Shown here: piece after piece, positions 9,426-15,562 of the stretch
Position numbering within the stretch: position 1 is the first letter of the stretch
Layout of the letters: every line of letters begins with the position of its first letter
IMG/VR virus record: IMGVR_UViG_2778261417_000005
Coordinates: 1 to 15,692 of that record
Direction: 5' to 3' (one strand)
Source: a virus
Taxonomy: Duplodnaviria; Heunggongvirae; Uroviricota; Caudoviricetes
Length of the DNA stretch: 15,692 nucleotides
Made by a program: the position numbers and the translations under genes
Notes under the pieces: model-generated
Seen by the model: only the letters and a program-made list of their open reading frames with translations
What the model was told of the DNA's origin: nothing
Databases searched by the model: none

Positions 9426-9722
9426 TTATACCTCTGAATCAATATCAACCTGATGGTGAGCAATGGTTTCAACCATGTACCGGATGTGTTCTGCCATGCG
9501 CTCCTGAAACTCAACATCGTCATCAAATGCACGGGTAATGGCTTTTTTGCTGGCCCCGCAGCGTTGTAAATGATCGATGCAGAGCGATTCAAACAAATGC
9601 TGGGGCAGGCCTTTGTCCATGTCGTCTGCCAGTTCTGCCTCTTTCTCTTCACGGGCGATCTGCTGGTAGTGACGCGCCCAGCTCTGAGCCTCAAGACGAT
9701 CCTGAATGTAATAAGCGTTCAT
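9426..9722 (-). CDS. gam: Gam (RecBCD inhibitor), 98-aa short form
   Basis: [98 protein letters not shown], near-identical to lambda Gam with a few substitutions relative to my recollection. An in-frame TAA lies 19 codons upstream of the ATG. Confidence 0.9.
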   Translation of the reverse strand: MNAYYIQDRLEAQSWARHYQQIAREEKEAELADDMDKGLPQHLFESLCIDHLQRCGASKKAITRAFDDDVEFQERMAEHIRYMVETIAHHQVDIDSEV

Positions 9723-9798
9723 GGCTGAACTCCTGAAAATGGCTGTGAAAATATCGCCCGCGAAATGCCAGGCTGATTAGGAAAACAAGAAAGGGGGG

Positions 9799-10089
9799 TT
9801 AGTGATTCAGGCCGTTACCGCGTCCGTCGAGAAAAACTTCCACGAGCAAATCACGGGTATAAGTGCGCTCGATGCCGCGATGCAGATAAAGCCGTCCGCG
9901 TAAATTAGCTGATGCAGTCCAGGTACCATCTTTGTGTTTGACCAGCATTCCTGGCATGACCGCACCTCGATTAACGGTCTGCGTTCCGTAATGTTGATGA
10001 ACCATAAAAACTCCTGCCCGTAAGCTGGGCTGCTGAACATATAAAGACTTCTGCGCGTATTCAGGCGGTGGATGGCCGCCGGTTGTCAT
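9799..10089 (-). CDS. Hypothetical small protein at the kil/cIII position (up to 96 aa; true start may be an internal Met)
   Basis: ORF with GAGG 10 nt upstream of the ATG at 10089. Its 3' end overlaps the region upstream of gam, as kil does in lambda. No recognisable N-type Arg-rich motif. Confidence 0.45.
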   Translation of the reverse strand: MTTGGHPPPEYAQKSLYVQQPSLRAGVFMVHQHYGTQTVNRGAVMPGMLVKHKDGTWTASANLRGRLYLHRGIERTYTRDLLVEVFLDGRGNGLNH

Positions 10090-10282
10090 AACTAAGCCGC
10101 CTCGTTGAAGCGACTAAGGTATGAAATGTTGAGTTAATTTCAGCTGGTCACACCGACGTTCACGCGTCCGTTTCACCCCTCGCACTCCCCGAAGCCTGCT
10201 GAAATTCAAACTGCGGATCTAAGCGGTCATCGCAACGGTGAATCAGGTGGTTGCCGTATCGTTGTGTTGTTGCGATATGGTG

Positions 10283-10326
10283 ATAATAGCTATTGCTATT
10301 GGTGATATCAATACTTATTGCTATTA
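10283..10326 (-). promoter_or_regulatory. pL-like early leftward promoter with operator-like repeats (OL)
   Basis: On the minus strand: -35 TTGATA (plus 10306-10311), 17-nt spacer, -10 TATTAT (plus 10283-10288). Plus-strand TATTGCTATT occurs at 10291-10300 (in the spacer) and 10316-10325 (upstream of -35). Palindrome AATAGCTATT at 10285-10294. Confidence 0.55.
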
Positions 10327-10447
10327 GTTGATGTGTTTTGATATTAAATGTTTGATAGCAAAAAGAATTAATTTTGTGACTTGCATCGCATAGCGATAAC
10401 TGAAGTGAGGTGTGGTGGTTTTTTGGACGGTTTGTGTGATGAGGGGA

Positions 10448-10480
10448 GGCAAAAGAAAACCCGGCACTGGGGCCGGGTTT
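10448..10480 (-). terminator. Intrinsic terminator ending the repressor-side accessory operon (tIMM-like)
   Basis: Perfect 9-bp stem AAACCCGGC (10457-10465) / GCCGGGTTT (10472-10480), 6-nt loop. On the minus strand it is followed by UCUUUUGCC. Lies 76 bp downstream of the stop at 10556. Confidence 0.6.
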
Positions 10481-10555
10481 AGATGGATAAGAAAGGGTAA
10501 TAGGGAATGAAAAATCGCTTTGCGTAATGCAAGGTGGCGAGCAGTTTCTTAAGCA

Positions 10556-10996
10556 CTAAAGAAAAAAGTACATTGATAGCTTATAAAGACCTGTTCCTGC
10601 AGCGATGATTGCTGGAACACCAAGCAATACCGCAAGCTTTGCGTCTGAAATCTTTCTATCGACAGCATCGATGGAGGGTTTTTTGGCTAGTGAATCTTTT
10701 ATTGAATCGAGTCGCTCCAGAACAGCGATCATGTTTCTGTCGATAGATTTGACATCTGTCTTAAGCTCATCAACGTCACGTCGGATATAGGACACATCAG
10801 ACTCAAGCTTTGCAACTTTCGATTCAAGCACATTATTACTCCCAGAGCCACCGCTACCACTTGATTGTAGCATAGGTACATTACCGCCAGACATACCAGC
10901 TGATTGAGAAAATGCTGCAGTGTGCAAAGATGATGATCTTGCCGCTTGTTCAAGCTTTTCAGTTAGGTTTGGAGCTTCGTAATAACCGTGTTTCAT
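10556..10996 (-). CDS. Hypothetical tail-anchored membrane protein with coiled-coil region, 146 aa
   Basis: N-terminal Ser/Gly-rich segment (SSGSGGSGSNN), heptad-like region (VAKLESDVSYIRRDVDELKTDVKSIDRNMIAVLERLDSIKDSLAKK), and a single C-terminal hydrophobic helix (LAVLLGVPAIIAAGTGLYKLSMYFFL). Start is 8 nt after the upstream gene's stop (translational coupling). AT-rich. Confidence 0.7.
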   Translation of the reverse strand: MKHGYYEAPNLTEKLEQAARSSSLHTAAFSQSAGMSGGNVPMLQSSGSGGSGSNNVLESKVAKLESDVSYIRRDVDELKTDVKSIDRNMIAVLERLDSIKDSLAKKPSIDAVDRKISDAKLAVLLGVPAIIAAGTGLYKLSMYFFL

Positions 10997-11004
10997 TGTT
11001 AATA

Positions 11005-11274
11005 TTATGACTTATTGGTTTTAGCTCTATCATGCTGATCGCGAATAAAGTCAGCGAGTTTAAGCATTAAATCTTCCGTCATGCGAATTGTTGCAATGTT
11101 GTACTTTACGTTTTCAGTGTCATTACTACCATCAGCGCCCCATTCTGTAACATGCTGAAAGAAAGATATGGAGCCTAAGCGATCGTCATCTTCCCCAAAA
11201 GATGAATATCCAAATGCATCAGCATATGCATCTACACAGTTATTTGATTTTTTTATAAGTTTTTTATCACTCAT
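11005..11274 (-). CDS. Hypothetical small acidic soluble protein, 89 aa
   Basis: ORF MSDKKLIKKSNNCVDAYADAFGYSSFGEDDDRLGSISFFQHVTEWGADGSNDTENVKYNIATIRMTEDLMLKLADFIRDQHDRAKTNKS. Shine-Dalgarno GGAAAGG about 5 nt upstream of the ATG. Starts 80 bp downstream of the repressor stop, same strand. Confidence 0.7.
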   Translation of the reverse strand: MSDKKLIKKSNNCVDAYADAFGYSSFGEDDDRLGSISFFQHVTEWGADGSNDTENVKYNIATIRMTEDLMLKLADFIRDQHDRAKTNKS

Positions 11275-11353
11275 TTTTGCCTTTCCCGTAATGTTATTTT
11301 TATAAAGAATTCTTTCAGCGCATTACCCAAAAGCCTCATCAGCACGCAGCTGA

Positions 11354-12046
11354 TTATCCGTGTTTCCTATACGTCTGCGGCATACTGCCAATAACCTTCC
11401 CGAAAATGAACACCCGGTTCATCTCGTCTTTCTCGATCGGGTCCCACGGTGAGTAGCTCTTGTTATCAGAGATAACCAGTAGCTTATCTTTCATCATTTG
11501 CAGGCGCTTTACATGGGCTGTGTCGTCGTACAGAAACGCATAGATACCATCACCGTCGAAAGATTTAACCGTGATATCAACGAACAGCAGATCACCTGGT
11601 TCGATCGTTCCTGACATGCTGTCACCGCGCACGTTAATGATGCGGATATTTTCCGCCTTCCTGCCATCGAACATGTGACGAGCATCGTCAAACGAGTACT
11701 CAACCGAGCGTAGAACTTCCACAAACTCACGGTTGATGACACCCGGTCCGGCACTGACTTCTATATCAAGAACGTCAATCTTGAAGTATTTTGAATGGCT
11801 GACAGCAGGCTTCCCTGATTGTTGACCGTCATTTCTCATCGGGCCTATGCCTGATGAGAGCCATTCTGTTCGAACACCCAATGCATTAGCTATTTCAACA
11901 ATTTTTGTTGAGCCGCGCGCGTTGCCGCTTGTCAGTCTCCAGATTGTGGGTTGAGCTACGCCAGACGCCTTTGCAAGAGCGCCTTGAGACATTCCAGATT
12001 GTTCCATCGCTAGGTTTAAGCGATCAGCAAGAGTTTCTTTTTTCAT
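11354..12046 (-). CDS. cI-type prophage repressor (N-terminal HTH plus C-terminal LexA-like S24 peptidase domain), 230 aa from the Met at 12046
   Basis: HTH segment MSQGALAKASGVAQPTIWRL. Candidate autocleavage Ala-Gly (…EVSAGPGV…). Peptidase motif VRGDSMSGTIEPGDLLFVD with downstream Lys (VKRL). The tracked start at 12082 lies upstream of the predicted pRM -10, so 12046 is preferred. Not lambda cI by sequence. Confidence 0.85.
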   Translation of the reverse strand: MKKETLADRLNLAMEQSGMSQGALAKASGVAQPTIWRLTSGNARGSTKIVEIANALGVRTEWLSSGIGPMRNDGQQSGKPAVSHSKYFKIDVLDIEVSAGPGVINREFVEVLRSVEYSFDDARHMFDGRKAENIRIINVRGDSMSGTIEPGDLLFVDITVKSFDGDGIYAFLYDDTAHVKRLQMMKDKLLVISDNKSYSPWDPIEKDEMNRVFIFGKVIGSMPQTYRKHG

Positions 12047-12156
12047 AAGTTTTAATTTATACGCTTGCGTATTGATGGTCAAAACACGTTTTGCTATTGC
12101 TTGGGTTAATACGCATTGCTATTATTCATTCATTGCAATACCAATAGGAATTGATA
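12047..12156. promoter_or_regulatory. Divergent immunity control region (OR, pRM-like leftward, pR-like rightward)
   Basis: pR-like: -35 TTGCTT (12097-12102), 17-nt spacer, -10 TATTAT (12120-12125). pRM-like on the minus strand: -35 TTGACC (plus 12077-12082), -10 TATAAA (plus 12056-12061), implying an almost leaderless repressor mRNA. Operator-like TTGCTATTGC (12091-12100), ATTGCTATT (12115-12123), palindrome ATTGCAAT (12132-12139). Confidence 0.55.
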
Positions 12157-12384
12157 ATGACAAATCAAACCATTCAACTCGCAATCAGTATTACAGGTAG
12201 TCAAAAACGACTGGCAGATCTATGCGGTGTAGCCCAACCCACAGTTTGGCGTTGGCTACACGGTGGCGGAATTGATGCCCGCTATGTAATGAAAATTGTC
12301 TCAGCCACTGGTGGAAAGATTAAACCAGCAGATATTCGTCCCGACCTCGCACCATTGTTTAACGCGAGTAATTCTGCCGCCTAA
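12157..12384 (+). CDS. Cro/YdaS-like HTH regulator, 75 aa
   Basis: ATG at 12157 with AGGAA 6 nt upstream. HTH segment GSQKRLADLCGVAQPTVWRWL. First rightward gene opposite the repressor. Confidence 0.8.
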   Translation: MTNQTIQLAISITGSQKRLADLCGVAQPTVWRWLHGGGIDARYVMKIVSATGGKIKPADIRPDLAPLFNASNSAA

Positions 12385-12408
12385 ACTGCGGCGTTAACTG
12401 ATAAGGCA

Positions 12409-12954
12409 ATGACTATGCAACCACTTACATACCAACAGACTAGCGGATTTAGCCCGACTGCGGTGATAAATCGTTCTCAAACAAAACAGGCGCCAGGCCA
12501 CGAAAAAATCCGTGATGCCGTTCGCGCCTGGTCGGCTGCAGATAATCAGGATGTTGTTGCCGCACTCATTGTGAATGAGTATCGGGAGCAGGGCGGCGGC
12601 ACCATCGATTTCCCTGATGATGTCAGCCGTGCACGCCAGAAGCTGTTCCGCTTCCTCGATAACAAATTCGATTCTGAAAAATACCGAAATAACGTGCGTG
12701 AACTGACCCCGGCAATTCTGGCGGTACTACCGCTGGAATATCGCGGCCACCTGGTTGAGCAGGATAGCTACATGGCTCGGCTGGCTGAAATGGAAAAGGA
12801 ACTCAGTGAGGCAAAACAGGCTGTCATTCTCAACGCACCACGCCACCAGAAACTGAAGGAGATGAGTGAAGGCATTGTGTCGATGTTTCGTGTGGACCCG
12901 GATTTGGCTGGTCCACTGATGGCGATGGTCACCACCATGCTGGGGGCAATATGA
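12409..12954 (+). CDS. Hypothetical regulatory protein at the cII position (possibly a YdaT-like CII analogue), 181 aa
   Basis: ORF begins 24 bp after the cro-like stop and ends overlapping the next ORF. Family assignment is from recollection of Rac/CP-933-type regions where a cro-like gene is followed by ydaT; not verified. Confidence 0.5.
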   Translation: MTMQPLTYQQTSGFSPTAVINRSQTKQAPGHEKIRDAVRAWSAADNQDVVAALIVNEYREQGGGTIDFPDDVSRARQKLFRFLDNKFDSEKYRNNVRELTPAILAVLPLEYRGHLVEQDSYMARLAEMEKELSEAKQAVILNAPRHQKLKEMSEGIVSMFRVDPDLAGPLMAMVTTMLGAI

Positions 12955-13040
12955 CAGGTTCGGAAATGGCGAAAGCCGGTCTGCGCGAACAGAACCGACT
13001 TTCAGGTGCAAATCGTAACACACTCATTGCGGGAGGAATT

Positions 13041-13970
13041 ATGGCAAACACTGCTGAGATATTCAATTTTCCAGTGCCGGATGTGGCACAAAAGGAGCGG
13101 CGCGTGGCAGATCTCGACGATGGTTATACGCGCATTGCAAATGAGTTGCTGGAAGCTGTGATGCTGGCCGGATTAACACAGCACCAGCTTCTGGTCTTCC
13201 TGGCTGTCATGCGCAAAACATATGGCTTTAATAAAAGACTGGATTGGGTGAGCAACGAGCAACTTTCCGAATTGACCGGGATATTGCCGAACAAGTGTTC
13301 TGCTGCAAAAAGCGTTCTGGTAAAGCGTGGGATTCTTATTCAGAGCGGGCGGAATATCGGCATTAATAATGTGGTCAGTGAATGGTCAACATTACCCGAA
13401 TCAGGTAAGAAAAATAAAGTTTACCTGAAAGAGGTAAATTTACCTGAATCAGGTAAGAAAAGTTTACCCAAATCAGGTAAAGGCGTTTACCCGAATCAGG
13501 TAAACACAAAAGACAAACTAACAAAAGACAATATAAAACCTTTTTCGTCCGAGAATTCTGACGAATCCTCTGACCAGCCAGAAAACGATCTTCCTGTGAT
13601 GAAACCGGATGCTGCAATTCAGAGCGGCAGCAAGTGGGGGACAGCAGAAGACCTGACCGCCGCAGAGTGGATGTTTGACATGGTGAAGACCATCGCGCCA
13701 TCAGCCAGAAAACCGAATTTTGCAGGGTGGGCTAACGATATCCGCCTGATGCGTGAACGTGATGGACGTAACCACCGCGACATGTGCGTGCTGTTCCGCT
13801 GGGCATGCCAGGACAACTTCTGGTCCGGTAACGTGCTGAGTCCGGCTAAACTCCGCGACAAGTGGACCCAGCTCGAAATCAACCGTAACAAGCAACAGGC
13901 TGGCGTGACAGCCAGAAAACCAAAACTCGACCTGACAAACACTGACTGGATTTACGGGGTGGATTTATGA
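13041..13970 (+). CDS. O: Replication initiator, O-like (iteron-binding), 309 aa from the ATG at 13041
   Basis: MANTAEIFNFPVPDVAQKERRVADLDDGYTRIANELLEAVMLAGLTQHQLLVFLAVMRKTYGFNK… resembles the lambda O N-terminus but diverges. GGGAGG at 13031-13036. Iterons lie inside the gene. The tracked start at 12951 adds 30 codons of doubtful coding. Confidence 0.85.
   Translation: MANTAEIFNFPVPDVAQKERRVADLDDGYTRIANELLEAVMLAGLTQHQLLVFLAVMRKTYGFNKRLDWVSNEQLSELTGILPNKCSAAKSVLVKRGILIQSGRNIGINNVVSEWSTLPESGKKNKVYLKEVNLPESGKKSLPKSGKGVYPNQVNTKDKLTKDNIKPFSSENSDESSDQPENDLPVMKPDAAIQSGSKWGTAEDLTAAEWMFDMVKTIAPSARKPNFAGWANDIRLMRERDGRNHRDMCVLFRWACQDNFWSGNVLSPAKLRDKWTQLEINRNKQQAGVTARKPKLDLTNTDWIYGVDL
13392..13503. repeat. 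Replication origin iterons (five 17-bp repeats) inside the O-like gene, followed by an AT-rich tract
   Basis: TTACCCGAATCAGGTAA (13392), TTACCTGAAAGAGGTAA (13421), TTACCTGAATCAGGTAA (13440), TTACCCAAATCAGGTAA (13464), TTACCCGAATCAGGTAA (13487). Each is an internal inverted repeat TTACC…GGTAA. AT-rich AAACACAAAAGACAAACTAACAAAAGACAATATAAAACC follows. Confidence 0.8.
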
Positions 13971-14668
13971 AAAACATCGCCGCACAGATGGTTAACTTTG
14001 ACCGTGAGCAGATGCGTCGGATCGCCAACAACATGCCGGAACAGTACGACGAAAAGCCGCAGGTACAACAGGTAGCGCAGATCATCAACGGTGTGTTCAG
14101 CCAGTTACTGGCAACTTTCCCGGCGAGCCTGGCTAACCGTGACCAGAATGAACTGAACGAAATCCGCCGCCAGTGGGTTCTGGCTTTCCGGGAAAACGGG
14201 ATCACCACAATGGAACAGGTTAACGCAGGAATGCGCGTAGCCCGTCGGCAGAATCGACCATTCCTGCCATCACCCGGGCAGTTTGTCGCCTGGTGCCGGG
14301 AAGAAGCATCCGTTAACGCCGGGCTGCCAAACGTCAGCGAGCTGGTTGATATGGTTTACGAGTATTGCCGGAAGCGTGGCCTGTATCCGGATGCAGAGTC
14401 TTATCCGTGGAAATCGAACGCGCATTACTGGCTGGTTACCAACCTGTACCAGAACATGCGGGCCAATGCGCTTACTGATGCGGAATTACGGCGCAAGGCT
14501 GCCGATGAACTGTCCTGTATGACCGCGCGAATTAACCGTGGTGAGGCGATACCTGAACCAGTAAAACAGCTTCCTGTCATGGGCGGTAGACCTCTAAATC
14601 GTGCACAGGCTCTGGCGAAGATCGCAGAAATCAAAGCTAAGTTTGGGCTGAAAGGAGCAAGTGTATGA
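13967..14668 (+). CDS. P: Replication protein P (DnaB helicase loader), 233 aa
   Basis: MKNIAAQMVNFDREQMRRIANNMPEQYDEKPQVQQVAQIINGVFSQLLATFPASLANRDQNE…, near-identical to lambda P as recalled and the same length. ATGA overlap with the O stop. Confidence 0.95.
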   Translation: MKNIAAQMVNFDREQMRRIANNMPEQYDEKPQVQQVAQIINGVFSQLLATFPASLANRDQNELNEIRRQWVLAFRENGITTMEQVNAGMRVARRQNRPFLPSPGQFVAWCREEASVNAGLPNVSELVDMVYEYCRKRGLYPDAESYPWKSNAHYWLVTNLYQNMRANALTDAELRRKAADELSCMTARINRGEAIPEPVKQLPVMGGRPLNRAQALAKIAEIKAKFGLKGASV

Positions 14669-14838
14669 CGGGCAAAGAGGCAATTATTTATTACCTGGGG
14701 ACGCATAAGAGTTTCTGTGCGCAGGACGTTGCTGCGGCAACAGGTGTGACAGTAACCTGCATAAATCAGGCAGCAGCTAAAATGGCGCGTGCAGGAATCC
14801 TGGTCATTGATGGTAAGGTCTGGCGAACGTTTGTTTAA
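14665..14838 (+). CDS. Ren-like ORF, apparently C-terminally truncated (57 aa)
   Basis: ATG overlaps the P stop. AAAGGAG lies 7 nt upstream. Product MTGKEAIIYYLGTHKSFCAQDVAAATGVTVTCINQAAAKMARAGILVIDGKVWRTFV resembles the N-terminus of lambda Ren (about 96 aa, from memory). The frame ends where AT-rich foreign sequence begins. Confidence 0.6.
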   Translation: MTGKEAIIYYLGTHKSFCAQDVAAATGVTVTCINQAAAKMARAGILVIDGKVWRTFV

Positions 14839-14984
14839 CGGTTAGCTACTCAGGATGATAGGGCGCGGCAAGTGAGTATGAAGCGGATTTTCAGGAATGC
14901 CATCAGAGTTTGGAAATAAAGTGGGTTTTCTAGTGGCAAGAGACTTGATAATATTTAGTTCTTTGAAGCCAAGGAGATAGGGTT

Positions 14985-15479
14985 ATGAGAAAATTTATTT
15001 TAGCCTTTGTCATAAGTGCCTCGTTTACAGCAAATGCTGGTGTAGAGAAGTTAGGGCCGTGGATAACAAAGTCTGAGATAAATAAAATGACTGACCAGAC
15101 TGACTTTGTGGCTCTTAATTTATCACCAGATTCATATAACAAAGCAGGTACTGATCGTGCAACTTCACTGGTGTTGCGTTGTAGTGATAACAAAACAGAT
15201 GCCTATTTATCATTCAATGATTATATGGGTTCGGACAACCCAAGAATTACAGTGCGGTTAGATGGCGGAAAGCCGGTCAAGAGTGTTTGGGGTGGTGGGG
15301 AAGGCGGTGATTCTGCATTTGCTCCACAACCAATACAATTTATAAAGACCTTGGCTAAGCATAAAAAAGCCATTTTTGGGTTTGAACCTTATGGATCAAC
15401 TATGCAAGTAGTTGAGTTTGACTTGTCTGAGATTGATAAGGTTGTGGAAAAAATTTCACAGTCTTGCAATTGGAAATGA
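14985..15479 (+). CDS. Hypothetical secreted (periplasmic) protein with cleavable signal peptide, 164 aa
   Basis: Strong Shine-Dalgarno AAGGAG (14971-14976) 8 nt before the ATG. Signal peptide MRKFILAFVISASFTANA with AxA site. Two Cys in the mature part (C66, C162). AT-rich. Followed by a canonical terminator. Confidence 0.75.
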   Translation: MRKFILAFVISASFTANAGVEKLGPWITKSEINKMTDQTDFVALNLSPDSYNKAGTDRATSLVLRCSDNKTDAYLSFNDYMGSDNPRITVRLDGGKPVKSVWGGGEGGDSAFAPQPIQFIKTLAKHKKAIFGFEPYGSTMQVVEFDLSEIDKVVEKISQSCNWK

Positions 15480-15496
15480 CAAAAAAATTTCATATG

Positions 15497-15520
15497 AACC
15501 CAGTTGGCGCTGGGTTTTTT
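15497..15520 (+). terminator. Rho-independent terminator
   Basis: 7-bp stem AACCCAG (15497-15503) / CTGGGTT (15510-15516), loop TTGGCG, running into a T-tract ending at 15520. An A-tract upstream gives possible bidirectional activity. Confidence 0.7.
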
Positions 15521-15562
15521 ATTTCAGTAGCCAATAATGCATTCAAAATCTCTTACTTGAGA

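Larger units (their letters stand above)
4386..15562. mobile_element. Lambdoid prophage, left part only (attL through replication genes); right side ends at an IS1 copy
   Basis: Contiguous phage gene set attL-int-xis-…-exo-bet-gam-…-repressor-cro-like-O-like-P-ren-like. No Q, lysis or morphogenesis genes and no attR occur before the IS1 end at 15563. Confidence 0.8.

Noticed and set aside
8541-9694. Plus-strand ORFs inside exo/bet and an alternative minus-strand frame across gam (9380-9694)
   Set aside because: Antisense or overlapping frames within near-canonical Red genes.
9799-10089. The 96-aa ORF as an N-type antiterminator
   Set aside because: No N-terminal arginine-rich motif and no adjacent nut-like boxA/boxB; position and 3' overlap with the gam leader fit a kil-position gene instead.
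12951-13040. N-terminal 30-codon extension of the O-like protein from the tracked ATG at 12951
   Set aside because: Homology to the O N-terminus begins at the Met at 13041, which has a GGGAGG Shine-Dalgarno; the extension is probably read-through frame, though translational coupling from 12951 cannot be excluded.
13392-13503. Possible CRISPR array (regularly spaced repeats)
   Set aside because: Repeats are 17 bp and degenerate, with irregular 19-29 bp spacing. They lie inside an O-like replication gene next to an AT-rich tract, with no cas genes: ori iterons.
12727-14706. Minus-strand ORFs (98, 108, 107, 64, 109, 93 aa) across the cII-position gene, O and P
   Set aside because: Antisense to strongly supported replication genes; no ribosome-binding sites noted.
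14930-15193. 87-aa minus-strand ORF overlapping the start of the secreted-protein gene
   Set aside because: Antisense to a gene with a strong Shine-Dalgarno and signal peptide; would run into the upstream region without a start context.
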